From assembly GCA_963771175.1 (NCBI GenBank), contig CAVYSY010000058.1, forward strand, positions 40,275-104,274: 64,000 nt of DNA. Direction: 5' to 3'. Made by a program: the position numbers and the translations under genes. Positions 22,237-33,096 of the stretch are shown piece by piece; position 1 is the first letter of the stretch, and every line of letters begins with the position of its first letter. Under the pieces are notes generated by a model. That model searched no databases. It was given only the letters and a program-made list of their open reading frames with translations, and was not told the DNA's origin. Origin of the DNA: an uncultured delta proteobacterium (GTDB lineage Bacteria; Myxococcota; Myxococcia; Myxococcales; Myxococcaceae).

Positions 22237-23137
22237 CTAGAGGAGAATCAGTGCACTTGCCAGCAGGGCGCAGTACCAGTACGTGAGCAGCAGGTAGGTG
22301 CGGTGATCCTGGGTGGACGAGTGCAGCCACACCACCCGGACGGCGATGAGCAGCGACAAGAGCGTCAGTCCCGCATCGCACATCCACACCAGCGGCCGAG
22401 CGCTGAGTGGCCGCATCAGGACGAAGTGGATGGCGACGGGCAGCACGCCGAAGAAGACGCCGAGGAACCGACGCGTGAATCGCTCGCCATATCTCTGAGG
22501 GAACGTGCACCGCCCGGCCAGGGCATCTCCCCGCCATGTCCCGCAGATCCTGTAGGGACACCAGCGGCAGGATGACCACGGCCGGGAAGAGAATCCACCT
22601 CCACGCCTCCTCCGTCAGAGGCGTGATGAGCTGCCAGGCGGCACCGAGCTGCACGATGATTCCCACCGACATGCAGGAATTCTTCACCACCCAGTGGCGG
22701 GACAGGTTGGCGAGGTTGTGCACCACGATGACGAGCAGCCACAGGGCCGCGTACACGAGCACACCAAGTCCGGCACCTACCAGCAGGAACAGCGCCATCG
22801 TCACGTACAGCCGCAGGCGGGCCGCCTCGGGCGTCACCATCCCCGTCACCAGCGGGCGGTGCGGCTTGTTCGTCCTGTCCTCCTCTATCCCCGCCAGCTG
22901 GTTGGCCAGGCAGAAGGTATAGATGTAGAGCCAGAAGTAGAGCAGGCTCCTCGCCAGCACCGCGGGCAGGTGCCCCCAGACGGCGCCGTCCACCTTCCAC
23001 GCCACCAGCGAGAACAGCAGGGGTGGGACCACAGCGGAGGAGAGGTCTCCCGCGATGAAGGCCCAGCTCAACCTCAGCTCGTACACCAGGGGATTCGCCG
23101 GGAACCCACGCGAATTCATGGCGGCATGTGCGTCCAT
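22237..23137 (-). CDS. UbiA-superfamily prenyltransferase / terpene cyclase-like; frameshift near 22530
   Basis: [17 protein letters not shown] and QDLRDMAG motifs; C-terminal [13 protein letters not shown] in another frame. Confidence 0.8.
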
Positions 23138-23284
23138 GATTGTTCAGCTTACCACGAAGGCCCGGAATAATGGCTTCGGGAGCAAGCCCTGACAGCCCGG
23201 CCCGAAGAGGCATCCGGGCGGGCATCGCCCCCCACCCCCTCCGGCTGGAATAATTCGAAGGTGGCGAGCCGTTGCGCCTGCCGC

Positions 23285-24574
23285 ATGCGCCCTGCACGCT
23301 CCCGCCTTCCGTTGCTGCTCGCCCTCCTGCTCCCCCTGGGAGCGAGCGCATTCTCGGTCCCCGATCACGAGACGATGACCCGGGCGTCCGTCGCTGCCGC
23401 GCTCAGGTCGGGCGTCCTGCCCCAGCTCGCGGCGCACCAGTCGACCGTGGTGGAGGGGAGCCGGGCGGAGGACCTGAACCTCCCCGTCAAGTGGACCGGC
23501 TATCACCACTTCTTCCACCCGGGCACGTCGCTCGACTCCACCTTCCGCAAGGACTCCGGGGCCCGCGTCCGCGCGCTGTGGGCAGAGGCCGAGGAGGCCG
23601 CGAGCAACGGCGACCTCGCGCGGGCCTTCGACCGCGTCGGCCACCTGGTGCACCACATCCAGGACATGGCGGTGCCCATGCACGTGGTGCCGGTGATGCA
23701 TGGGCTCTCGGACCGCTTCGAGCAGCACACGGCGAGGCAGGCGCTGCTCTCCGTCGGACGGGAGCTCACGCCGCTCTCCGGTGAGGAAGCCCAGCTCGCG
23801 CTGGCCCGGGAGACACTGGAGGTGGTGCGCACGGGCTCGCTGCCGGTGGAAGGGGGAGCCATCCCCTGGAGCGCCTTCTGGGCCGAGCCCACCTCCCGCG
23901 GGCCGGGCACGTTCGGCGGCTATGGCGTGGTGGGCAACGCCTTCGATTCGACGGAGGTGCGCTGGCAGGGGCGATCGTGGACGGCGGACCCCTCGGCGTA
24001 TGAGGAGTTCGTGGACGCGCGCGTCGAGTCGGCCGTGGCCTACTCCCGCGCATTCCTCCTCTGGGCGACGCGGCGTCTCACCACCCTGGCGGAGGCCCGC
24101 GAGTACGCCGCGGCCCCGCGGTGGAAGCCCTCTCCCCTGCTCGGCCTCGAGCTGTTGGGAGGAGCCGCCACCTCGCTCCGCGGCGCCATACCGGTGGCGG
24201 GCGCGCGAGCCCTGTTTCCCCTCCCCTGGGCCATGGGGCTCGCGGCCGGCTACGCACGGGCCCTGGGCCATCCACTCTCGGGAGCGGGGGCGGGGGCCTG
24301 GTCACTCTCGCTGCTCTCCCCTCCCCTGCTGACTGCGCGGCTCGGCTACTCGCGGGGGCTCGACCTGCGCGCCACGGTGGGCGCGGGCCTGTCCTCCCTG
24401 GGCGGGATGCTCCACCCGGAGCTGCCGCTCGGCCTGCGTCTCCACACCCTGCTCGGTCGAAGGGTCTCCCTCAGCGCGGAGGCGCAGTACCGGGCCTTCG
24501 CGCCCCAAACGGCCCCCTGGTCGCAAGGCGTCACCCTCACCGTGGGCACCGGCTTCACTTGGGGTGACAACTAG
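23285..24574 (+). CDS. Secreted zinc-dependent phospholipase C/P1-nuclease-like domain fused to possible beta-barrel
   Basis: Signal peptide ASA-F; DHE, HHFF and GHLVHHIQDMAVPMH; amphipathic beta-strand C-terminus ending GFTWGDN. Confidence 0.55.
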   Translation: MRPARSRLPLLLALLLPLGASAFSVPDHETMTRASVAAALRSGVLPQLAAHQSTVVEGSRAEDLNLPVKWTGYHHFFHPGTSLDSTFRKDSGARVRALWAEAEEAASNGDLARAFDRVGHLVHHIQDMAVPMHVVPVMHGLSDRFEQHTARQALLSVGRELTPLSGEEAQLALARETLEVVRTGSLPVEGGAIPWSAFWAEPTSRGPGTFGGYGVVGNAFDSTEVRWQGRSWTADPSAYEEFVDARVESAVAYSRAFLLWATRRLTTLAEAREYAAAPRWKPSPLLGLELLGGAATSLRGAIPVAGARALFPLPWAMGLAAGYARALGHPLSGAGAGAWSLSLLSPPLLTARLGYSRGLDLRATVGAGLSSLGGMLHPELPLGLRLHTLLGRRVSLSAEAQYRAFAPQTAPWSQGVTLTVGTGFTWGDN

Positions 24575-24647
24575 GGCCGGCGGCGCTCCGCGGGTTCATG
24601 AAACGCGCTGGCACACTGCCTCGTGTGCGGGCACCCTCCCCCTCCCC

Positions 24648-25313
24648 ATGTCCTCTCGACCCGAGAAAGAACCCATCACCCCGCAGCGCCTCATGGAGGA
24701 GGAGTACTTCGAGAACGAGACGTTCGCGCACCTGGACCTCCAGGGAGCCAACCTCGGCGGGAAGGAATTCTATCGCTGCACCTTCCAGAGCGCCCACCTC
24801 CAGGAGAGCCGCTGGACCGGGAGCAAGCTGGAGGCGTGCGTCTTCCGTGGCTGCGACCTCACCCGCGCGCAGCTCACGCACACGGCGCTGCGGGACGTGC
24901 GCTTCGAGGGTTCGAAGCTGATGGGCATCGACTGGTCGGCCATCTCGCCCAACCCCGAGCTGGCTTTCGACGAGTGCAACCTGCGCTACTGCTCGTTCGT
25001 CGGCCTCAGCCTGCGCAAGACCGTCTTCGCGCGCTGTACCGCCCTCGAAGTGAACTTCCTCGACGTGGACCTGAGCGACACGGACTTCACCGGAACGGAC
25101 CTCTCCGGCAGCAACTTCCGGGGATGTACGCTCACGCGCGCGGACCTCCGAGGGACGCGGGGGGTGTTCATCGATCCCGCCGCCCACAACCGCCTCAAGG
25201 CCACCCGGGTCCCCGTCGAGACGGCGGTCCTCATCGCCCAGACGCTCGGGATGCTCGTGGCCGGCTACGGCGATGAGACGGCCGCGCGCGGAGAGCGGAA
25301 GAAGGGCCGATAG
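24648..25313 (+). CDS. Pentapeptide repeat protein
   Basis: Periodic A/C-x-F/L repeats (DLSDTDFTGTDLSGSNFRGCTLTRADLRG). Confidence 0.9.
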   Translation: MSSRPEKEPITPQRLMEEEYFENETFAHLDLQGANLGGKEFYRCTFQSAHLQESRWTGSKLEACVFRGCDLTRAQLTHTALRDVRFEGSKLMGIDWSAISPNPELAFDECNLRYCSFVGLSLRKTVFARCTALEVNFLDVDLSDTDFTGTDLSGSNFRGCTLTRADLRGTRGVFIDPAAHNRLKATRVPVETAVLIAQTLGMLVAGYGDETAARGERKKGR

Positions 25314-25436
25314 AGAGGAGCTCGCTCCACGGCGTGGCATTGCGCTCGGAGCGGGACGCACCCAATGGGTCCGCCTCGCGATTGCCAACATCGCACGCCC
25401 TGGAGGCCTCACTTCACCCTGTCTACGGTGAAGACC

Positions 25437-26513
25437 ATGAGAAGAGACGACTGGTTCGAGAAGTTCACCCTCGCGCACGAGCTGTCCACGAACTGGGTGG
25501 ACGAGGGCGCCCGGAAGCAGTTCCTCGAGGCGCTCTCCGCTCTGGAGAAGGTTCTGGACGGAGCAGACTCCGCACGGGCCTTCGACATACCGGGGCTGTA
25601 CGGTTTCCACAGCCGGGTCGCACGCCTGAAACCCGAGGAGAGCAAGTGGGCCGAGCGGCTCGGCGAGCGCCTCTGGAAGGCGAAAGGCTCGGGGCGGACG
25701 TTCGCCGAGGAGTCACTGCTGGGACAGGTGGCGGTCCAGGCCAACCCGGACTCCCTCCCCTTCTTCCGCGCCGCCGTGGAAACCAACCGGGCGCGAGATG
25801 CCTTCCAGGTCCAGCGCAGGCGGATCGCCGTGGCCGCCGTCGCCTTCACCGCCCTCCAGACGGGGGACGCGGCCGCGCACGCCCAGCTCGAGGCCTGGCT
25901 GGCGCACCCGGACATCCCGGTGCGCACCGAGGCCACGGCCGTCTACGGGCGTCTGCACCTGTCGAAGAAGGGCCGGCTGGAGCCAGCGGCACGCGCGGCG
26001 CTCGAGCGCGTGGCGTATCAGGACCGGGCCTTCGCTCCGCGCTTCCTCGCTCGCGGCTGGCTGCACGCGACGGGCATCCCGGTTCGCGTCGAGCCGCCCG
26101 ACGGCGTCTACGCCTTCAGGGCCTCGCTCGGTTACGCCTCGCGAACGCTGGAGCTGAAGGCATCCGATTCTCTCTCCGACCTCGCCTCCTTCATCCTGAG
26201 CGCCTTCGGGTGGGACCATGACCACCTGTACGAGTTCGCGCTCAGCGGCGACATTCGCGACCGACGCTTCACCATCCCGGAGTTCACCGAGGGAATGCCC
26301 GAGGAGGAGGCGGCAGGCGACTTGAGCCTTCCCCTGGGCGGGTTCGGCATCCCCAAGGGCCACACCTTCGTCTTCCGCTATGACTTCGGAGACGACAACC
26401 GCTTCCGGGTGACCGTCGTGGACATCCAGGAGCATGCACGTCCGGGCGAGAGGTACCCTCGGGTGGTGGCCAGCACGGGCCAGGCCCCCGAGCAGTATTC
26501 GTACGACCTGTGA
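25437..26513 (+). CDS. HEAT-like N-terminus plus pRiA4b ORF-3-like C-terminal domain
   Basis: LSDLASFILSAFGWDHDHLYEF and FRYDFGD motifs, YPRVV. Confidence 0.75.
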   Translation: MRRDDWFEKFTLAHELSTNWVDEGARKQFLEALSALEKVLDGADSARAFDIPGLYGFHSRVARLKPEESKWAERLGERLWKAKGSGRTFAEESLLGQVAVQANPDSLPFFRAAVETNRARDAFQVQRRRIAVAAVAFTALQTGDAAAHAQLEAWLAHPDIPVRTEATAVYGRLHLSKKGRLEPAARAALERVAYQDRAFAPRFLARGWLHATGIPVRVEPPDGVYAFRASLGYASRTLELKASDSLSDLASFILSAFGWDHDHLYEFALSGDIRDRRFTIPEFTEGMPEEEAAGDLSLPLGGFGIPKGHTFVFRYDFGDDNRFRVTVVDIQEHARPGERYPRVVASTGQAPEQYSYDL

Positions 26514-26585
26514 ACCCGCTCGGCTCGGCCTTTCCCCTGCTTTGTTGCGCCGGGCCCACGGTGGGGATAGGGAGACCGTCCTCGT

Positions 26586-29500
26586 ATGTCCGTGACCGCC
26601 GAGCTGCTCGAAACCATCCGGGAGGAAGCGCGCCCGGACACCTGGTCCGCCGGCATGGGCCTGGCCCGCGCGGGCGCCGTCTCGGTGCAGTCCGTCGGAC
26701 AGGAAGAGGCCGTCCTGCGGGTACGTGCCGCCGGCCGGCCAGTGCCCGTGACCACCGTGCTCTACCCGGAGGACGACGTCTGGGAGTGTGACTGCCGCGG
26801 CCGGGTGGATCCCTGCGAGCACGTGGTGGCGGCGGCCCTCGTCCTCCACCACTCGATGACCCAGCGCCCCTCCGCCCAGCGCGCCCCCGGGCCCCAGGCC
26901 CCCGCGCGGCCCATGCCGACCCGGCCCCCCCAGGTCCCCGCGGCCCAGGCCGGCCCACGCCCAGGTGCCGCCCCGAAGCCGGAGCGCATGGTGTACCGCT
27001 TCAAGCGCGTGGACGGAGGGTTGCAACTCGAGCGCCTGCTCGTGCGTCCGGACAACACCGCGCGGCTCCTGGCACGCAGCCTGTCGTCGCTGCTGACGAA
27101 CCCCGTGGAGGCGGCCCGGCTCCAGGTGGAGCCCTGTGACCTGCTCGCGGACAAGCTGCTGGCGCGGCCCACGAGGGGCGCACTTCCGCCCGAGCGGCTC
27201 GACGCGCTCCTGCGCGTGCTGGAGCCCGCGCGCACCGTCATCTTCGATGGCGCGCTGGTGTCCGTCTCGAGCGAGCCCGTCCTTCCGCGCGTCACCGTGG
27301 AGGACCGCGGCGAGCAGACGGTGCTCAAGGTGGAGAAGGACCCGCGCATCACCGAGGTGGTGAGCCCCGGACTGGTGGTGTGCGCGGGCACGCTCTGCCG
27401 GCTCGGCGAGCAGTCCCTCACCGGCGCACGACTGGAAAACCTGCCGCAGGAGCGCGCCTTCTCGCCCGCGCAGATGGGGGAGCTCACCGGGAAGGTGCTG
27501 CCGGACTTCGCGCGACGCATGCCGGTGGACGTGAAGAGCCAGCGGCTGCCGCCCATCGACCGCACCCTCAAGCCGCGCATCTCCGTGGAGCTCAACCAGT
27601 TGGACTCCGGCCTCTCGGTGTTGCCCACGCTGGTGTACGGCTCGCCGCCCTCGGTGCGCATCGACAACGGGCGCATGGTGTACCTGAAGGGCGCGGTGCC
27701 CGTGCGCGACGAGGCCGCCGAGCAGAAGCTCATCCACGAGCTGCGCGACGAGCTGAACATGGTGCCCGGCCGGCGAGTGACGGTGCAGGGCCAGGAGGCG
27801 GTGCAGCTCGCCAACAAGCTGCGGCGCTGGCGCGGAGGCCTCACCGGAGACGCGGCGCGCGTGGTGAGCCCCAACGTGCAGCTCCGCCCCACTCTCTCGG
27901 TGGACACGGGCGCCACGCAGGCCGGCGTGCCGCGGGTGGGCTTCACGTTCGAATTCCAGGTGGAGGGGGAGGGACCGGACGCGCCGCGCTCGGTGGACGC
28001 GAGCGCGGTGATGCGCGCGTGGGAGGAGGGGCTGGGTCTGGTGCCGCTGGAGGGCGGCGGGTGGGCGCCACTGCCCACCGCGTGGCTGAAGACGCACGGC
28101 CAGCGCGTGGCGGACCTGCTGGCCGCGCGCGGGACGGACGGGCGGCTCGCCAACCACGCCATCCCGCAGCTCACCGGACTGTGCGACGCGCTGGAGCACC
28201 CTCCCCCGCCCGGGCTCGAGCGGCTGGCGCCCCTGGTGCAGGGCTTCGAGAAGCTGCCGGACGTGCAGCTTCCGAAGGACCTCACCGCGACGCTGCGCCC
28301 GTACCAGCTCCAGGGCGTGAGCTGGCTCACCTTCCTGCGACAGGCGGGCCTCGGCGGCGTGCTCGCGGACGACATGGGCCTCGGCAAGACGCTGCAGACC
28401 ATCTGCACGCTGGGGCCGGGCACGCTGGTGGTGGCCCCCACGAGCGTGCTCCCCAACTGGGAGGCGGAGGTGAAGCGCTTCCGTCCCTCGCTGAAGGTCT
28501 CCGTCTACCACGGCCCCGGCCGCACCCTGGACGAGACGGCCGACGTGACGCTCACCACCTACGCGCTGATGCGCCTGGACGCGGCGGTCCTCGGGGCCAG
28601 GGAGTGGGACACGGTGGTGCTGGACGAGGCCCAGGCCATCAAGAACCCGGACAGCCAGGTGGCGCGCGCGGCGTACGGGCTGCGGGCCGCCTTCCGGGTG
28701 GCCCTGAGCGGCACCCCCATCGAGAACCGGCTCGAGGAGCTCTGGAGCCTGATGCACTTCACCAACCAGGGGCTGCTCGGGGGGCGCAAGGAGTTCGACG
28801 AGCGGTGGGCGCGGCCGGTATCGGACAACCAGAAGGGAGCGGCCGAGCAACTGCGCGCGCGCATCCGCCCCTTCGTGCTGCGCAGGCTCAAGCGGGACGT
28901 GGCGCCCGAGCTCCCGCCGCGCACCGAGTCCGTGCGGCACGTCACCCTCAACGAGCGGGAGCGCGCCGTCTACGACGCGGTGTACGCCGCCACGCGCGAG
29001 GAGGTGGTGTCCCAGCTCGAGGAGGGCGGCAGCGTGTTGAAGGCGCTGGAGGCGCTGCTGCGGCTGCGTCAGGCGGCGTGCCACCCCGCGCTCGTGCCGG
29101 GCCAGCAGGCGAAGACGTCCTCCAAGGTGCAGGCGCTGATCGAAGCGCTCAGCACGGCGGTGGAGGACGGGCACAAGGCGCTCGTCTTCTCGCAGTGGAC
29201 GTCCATGTTGGATCTCATCGAGCCGGAGCTGAAGGAGGCGGGCATCGGCTTCATCCGGCTGGACGGCAGCACGAGCAACCGCGGCGCCGTGGCCGAGTCG
29301 TTCCAGGACCCGAAGGGCCCACCGGTGATGCTGATTTCCCTCAAGGCGGGCGCCACGGGGCTCAACCTCACGGCGGCGGACCACGTCTTCCTGGTGGACC
29401 CGTGGTGGAACCCCTCCGTGGAGGCACAGGCGGCGGACCGCGCGCACCGCATCGGCCAGCAGCGACCGGTGATGGTGTACCGACTGGTGTCGCAGGGCAC

Positions 29501-29621
29501 GGTGGAGGAGAAGATCCTCACCCTGCAGGAGAAGAAGCGCGCGCTCTTCGAGTCCGCGCTCGGCGGCGCCTCCGGGGCCGCGGCCATCACTCGGGCCGAC
29601 CTCATGCAACTCCTCGACTGA
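26586..29621 (+). CDS. SWIM zinc finger SNF2-family helicase
   Basis: CDC-x6-[28 protein letters not shown] and DRAHRIGQ. Confidence 0.95.
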   Translation: MSVTAELLETIREEARPDTWSAGMGLARAGAVSVQSVGQEEAVLRVRAAGRPVPVTTVLYPEDDVWECDCRGRVDPCEHVVAAALVLHHSMTQRPSAQRAPGPQAPARPMPTRPPQVPAAQAGPRPGAAPKPERMVYRFKRVDGGLQLERLLVRPDNTARLLARSLSSLLTNPVEAARLQVEPCDLLADKLLARPTRGALPPERLDALLRVLEPARTVIFDGALVSVSSEPVLPRVTVEDRGEQTVLKVEKDPRITEVVSPGLVVCAGTLCRLGEQSLTGARLENLPQERAFSPAQMGELTGKVLPDFARRMPVDVKSQRLPPIDRTLKPRISVELNQLDSGLSVLPTLVYGSPPSVRIDNGRMVYLKGAVPVRDEAAEQKLIHELRDELNMVPGRRVTVQGQEAVQLANKLRRWRGGLTGDAARVVSPNVQLRPTLSVDTGATQAGVPRVGFTFEFQVEGEGPDAPRSVDASAVMRAWEEGLGLVPLEGGGWAPLPTAWLKTHGQRVADLLAARGTDGRLANHAIPQLTGLCDALEHPPPPGLERLAPLVQGFEKLPDVQLPKDLTATLRPYQLQGVSWLTFLRQAGLGGVLADDMGLGKTLQTICTLGPGTLVVAPTSVLPNWEAEVKRFRPSLKVSVYHGPGRTLDETADVTLTTYALMRLDAAVLGAREWDTVVLDEAQAIKNPDSQVARAAYGLRAAFRVALSGTPIENRLEELWSLMHFTNQGLLGGRKEFDERWARPVSDNQKGAAEQLRARIRPFVLRRLKRDVAPELPPRTESVRHVTLNERERAVYDAVYAATREEVVSQLEEGGSVLKALEALLRLRQAACHPALVPGQQAKTSSKVQALIEALSTAVEDGHKALVFSQWTSMLDLIEPELKEAGIGFIRLDGSTSNRGAVAESFQDPKGPPVMLISLKAGATGLNLTAADHVFLVDPWWNPSVEAQAADRAHRIGQQRPVMVYRLVSQGTVEEKILTLQEKKRALFESALGGASGAAAITRADLMQLLD

Positions 29622-29673
29622 GAGGAGCCCGAGAGCCTGGACTCCGTGGCAAGGGCTCCGCGGCCCGCGTGCC

Positions 29674-30348
29674 CTACCTCATCGGCCCGGGCTCCGTGGA
29701 GGAGGCCTGCGCTTCCTGCCTCGTGGCCTCGAGGAGCCGCAGCACCTCTTCGTCGGAGACCTGGGCAAAGTCCTCGTACCATTCGCCGATCGCCCAGAGT
29801 TCGGGCGTGTCCAGCACGCACACCACCTCGTCGACCTCGGGCCGTATCTCCTCCAGGCTCTGGGAAGCGGCCACCGGCACGGCGAGGATGATCTCCCTCG
29901 GGTGGTGCGCGCGCAGGGAGCGGGTGGCGGCCCGGACGGTTCCTCCAGTCGCGATGCCGTCGTCGACCACGATGACGGTCCGCCCGCGCAGCTCGGGAGG
30001 ACGCCCATTGTGCCGAAACCGGAGGGCCCGCCTCGTCACCTCCCGGGCCTCCAGTTCAGCGGTGTCGGCGATGTCTTCCTTCTTCAGCCCGAGCTGCCTC
30101 ATGAGGGAGCGGTTCAGGTACACGGCCCCGCCCTCCGCCACCGCCCCCACGCCCAGCTCCGGCTGACCCGGCGTTCCAATCTTCCGGGACACCCAGACAT
30201 CGAGCGGTGCGCCAAGCGCCCGCGCGACCTCATAGGCCACGGGCACCCCTCCGCGAGGGAGTCCCAGGACGATGGGGTTCCGCCCGGCGTAGCCCCCCAG
30301 AAGCGCCGCCAACTTTCTGCCTGCATCCGTGCGATCGATGAATGTCAT
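29674..30348 (-). CDS. Phosphoribosyltransferase family protein
   Basis: FIDRTDAG, LPRGGVPV, VVDDGIATG and YEDFAQVSD. Confidence 0.9.
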   Translation of the reverse strand: MTFIDRTDAGRKLAALLGGYAGRNPIVLGLPRGGVPVAYEVARALGAPLDVWVSRKIGTPGQPELGVGAVAEGGAVYLNRSLMRQLGLKKEDIADTAELEAREVTRRALRFRHNGRPPELRGRTVIVVDDGIATGGTVRAATRSLRAHHPREIILAVPVAASQSLEEIRPEVDEVVCVLDTPELWAIGEWYEDFAQVSDEEVLRLLEATRQEAQASSTEPGPMR

Positions 30349-30394
30349 GTCCACCCTCTCGAAAGGATGCTGCTCACGCCCGCGGAGGTGGGCC

Positions 30395-31333
30395 ATGGAC
30401 ACGGCGCTGGTGATCGGAACCTCCCAACCGGACCTGGGTCGAGCGATAGCCCGGGCGCTGGGCATCGAACCAGTGCCCTGCTCGATCCGTTCGTTCCCAG
30501 ACGGAGAGCTCGACGTCACCCTGAATCAGCCGGTGCGGGGGCTGAGCGTGCATGTGCTGCAGGCCACCGGCCCGCCCGTGGGGGAGCGCCTGCTCGAACT
30601 GGCCCTGGTGTGCGACGCCTGCTGGCGGGCGGGCGCGCGGGCCGTGACGGTCCTCCTTCCGTACTTCGGATTCGCCCGGCAGGACCGGCGCAAGCTCGAG
30701 GGGCAGCCCCTGGGAGCCCGGGTCGTCGCGGACCTGCTGAGCACCAGCCGGCCCACCCGTCTGGTGGCGGTGGAGCTGCACAGCCGGGCCCTCGAGGGGT
30801 GCTTCGAGGCGCCACTCGAACACCTGACGGCGGTGCCCCTCCTGGCGGAGGCGGCCCGGGAATGGGTTCGGCCGGACTCGGTCCTCGTGGCTCCCGACCT
30901 GGGCGCCGTCAAGCTGGCGGAGGCCTATGCCGCGCGCCTCGGCTCGCCGATCGCGGTGGTCCACAAGAGCCGGCTCAGTGGCTCGGAGGTCAAGGTCCAC
31001 GGGGTGCTCGGCGACGTGCGCGGGCGCCGGCCCCTCGTGGTGGACGATATGATCTCCACGGGAGGCACGGTGGTCGCCGCGGTGCGCGCGCTTCGCGAGG
31101 CCGGCTGCGTGCCCGAGGTCACGGTCGTGGCCACGCACGGGCTGCTGGTGGGCCGTGCGCTGGAGCTGCTCGCCGGAGCGCCCGTGCAACAACTCGTCAC
31201 CACGGACAGCGTGATTCCGCCAGCGAACGTGCCATTCCCGCACCGGGTGGTGAGCCTCGCGCCCCTGCTGGCGGACGCCGTGCGGCGGTTGGAGGAGCGC
31301 CGGCCCCTCACCGGGCTGCTCGCGAGCCGTTGA
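30395..31333 (+). CDS. prs: Ribose-phosphate pyrophosphokinase (divergent paralog)
   Basis: FPDGE, PYFGFARQDR, APDLGA and VDDMISTGGT. Confidence 0.9.
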   Translation: MDTALVIGTSQPDLGRAIARALGIEPVPCSIRSFPDGELDVTLNQPVRGLSVHVLQATGPPVGERLLELALVCDACWRAGARAVTVLLPYFGFARQDRRKLEGQPLGARVVADLLSTSRPTRLVAVELHSRALEGCFEAPLEHLTAVPLLAEAAREWVRPDSVLVAPDLGAVKLAEAYAARLGSPIAVVHKSRLSGSEVKVHGVLGDVRGRRPLVVDDMISTGGTVVAAVRALREAGCVPEVTVVATHGLLVGRALELLAGAPVQQLVTTDSVIPPANVPFPHRVVSLAPLLADAVRRLEERRPLTGLLASR

Positions 31334-31335
31334 AC

Positions 31336-32455
31336 ATGAGCACCCTCACCGTCTTCCTGTGCGGCGACGTGATGACCGGGCGGGGCATCGATCAGGTCCT
31401 GTCGCCCGGGCGTGCCCTCCCCAGCTGTACGAGCCCTACGTCCAGGATGCCCGGGACTACGTCGAACTGGCCGAGCGGGCGAACGGTCCCATTCCCAGGC
31501 CCGTGCGGCTCGACTACGTCTGGGGTGATGCGCTGGCGGAGCTGGAGCGGCGTGCCCCGGACGTGCGGTCGATCAACCTGGAGACGAGCGTCACCACCAG
31601 CGAGGCGTGGTGGCCGGGCAAGGGCATCAACTACCGGATGCACCCGGACAACGTCGCCTGCCTCACGGCCGCCGCGCATCGACTGCTGCGCGCTGGCGAA
31701 CAACCATGTGCTCGACTGGGGCATCGCGGGGCTGCTGGAGACGCTGGCCGCCTGCAGGCGAGCGGGGATCGCCACCGCCGGGCGCGGGCGCCACCTGGAG
31801 GAGGCGCGCGGCTCCCGCCGTGCTGGACGTGCCGGGCAAGGGCCGGGTCCTCGTGTTCTCGCTCGGCGACGGAGACGCAGCGGCATTCCACCCGAGTGGG
31901 CGGCGGGCACGGACAGGCCGGGCGTGAATCTGCTGCCGGACCTGTCTCGCCGCCACGGCCAGGCGCATCGGCGCGCGGGTGCGAGCCATGCCGGCGCACG
32001 GGCGACCTCGTCGTCGCCTCGATCCACTGGGGCGGCAACTGGGGCTACGAGGTGCCGTGGGGGCAGCGGCGAGTTCGCCCGGGCCCTCGTCGATGAAGCG
32101 GGCGTCGACATCGTCCACGGCCACTCCTCGCACCACCCCCGCGGCATCGAGGTCTACCGGGAGCGACTCCATCCTCTACGGCTGCGGGGACTTCCTCAAC
32201 GACTACGAGGGCATCCACGGCTACGAGGAATTCCGCGGCGATCTGACCCTGATGTACTTCGCGACCCTGGAGCCCGCGAGCGGCCGATTGCGCTCCCTCC
32301 GCATGACGCCGATGCGGGTGCGCCGCTTCCAGGAGAACCGAGCCTCCGCCAGCGAAGCGGAGTGGCTGCGGCAGGTCCTGTCGCGGGAGGGCGAGAGGTT
32401 CGGGACTCACGCGGTGCTGGAAGCGGATGACACGCTCACGCTGCGGTGGGACTGA
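31336..32455 (+). CDS. CapA/PgsA family metallophosphoesterase; multiple frameshifts
   Basis: GDVMTGRGIDQ, NLETS, LANNHVLDWG, HWG, GHSSHH and LYGCGDF across frames. Confidence 0.88.
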
Positions 32456-32510
32456 AGCCGTGCATGGGGCGTCCCGCATCCAGAACTGGACGGCAATCGC
32501 CTTCCGGTTG

Positions 32511-32981
32511 TCATGGGCCGCCCGGAAGCATCTCGCGCCGGGCGAAGGGGTCCACGTACGTAGCGACCGCGATTCGCTCCCAGGTGTCGTGGCGCCCGTC
32601 CAGGTAGCTCACGGGGACCCCGGAGAGGTCGACACCATCGAGGCAGTTCACGCTCACGGAGTAGAACTCCCCTCCGAGCTCCGGGATGTTGCCGTGTCCG
32701 AAGGAGCGGATGCCGCAGACCTTGCAGAAGAGGTGATGAACGGGCGCGCCCCCGCCCGGGTAGTCGCTGAGGCTCTCGGCCCCGGAGAGGAGCCGGAAGG
32801 CGCCCGGCTTCACGATGCTGCCCCACCAGCCGGCCTTCGTGCAGAACGTGCAGTTGCACCGGGTCGTCCCGGTGCCGAGGTCCAGGTCGACCTCGTAACG
32901 CACGGCACCGCAGCGGCAACTGCCCGTGTACGTGCGCGGACCGGCGGGATTCGGCGTCTGCTTCGAGGCGGGGTTGCTCAT
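32511..32981 (-). CDS. GFA/CENP-V family zinc protein
   Basis: GSCRCG, CNCTFC and FCKVCG. Confidence 0.9.
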   Translation of the reverse strand: MSNPASKQTPNPAGPRTYTGSCRCGAVRYEVDLDLGTGTTRCNCTFCTKAGWWGSIVKPGAFRLLSGAESLSDYPGGGAPVHHLFCKVCGIRSFGHGNIPELGGEFYSVSVNCLDGVDLSGVPVSYLDGRHDTWERIAVATYVDPFARREMLPGGP

Positions 32982-33053
32982 GGCAAGGCTCCAGGGAAGT
33001 GGACGGGACCCTCGTGGGGCCTCGTCCGGGTGACGAGAAACACGGTAGGAACC

Positions 33054-33078
33054 ATTGCGGACAGTTTCGGTCCGCGAT
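33054..33078. promoter_or_regulatory. Inverted repeat ATTGCGGAC-N7-GTCCGCGAT, probable operator of the WYL regulator
   Basis: GCGGAC-N7-GTCCGC perfect core, located between the divergent GFA and WYL genes. Confidence 0.65.
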
Positions 33079-33096
33079 GAGAGGGAGCCTGGAGCC

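Noticed and set aside
24648..25313. Qnr-type quinolone resistance gene
   Set aside because: Generic pentapeptide repeat protein; no Qnr-specific features can be verified by eye.
25713..29609. 1298-aa minus-strand ORF and other long antisense ORFs (e.g. 42329-44395, 54935-56959)
   Set aside because: Shadow ORFs of high-GC genes on the other strand with no motifs of their own.
31336..32455. Poly-gamma-glutamate capsule locus
   Set aside because: No capB or capC nearby; CapA-family proteins are commonly stand-alone phosphoesterases.
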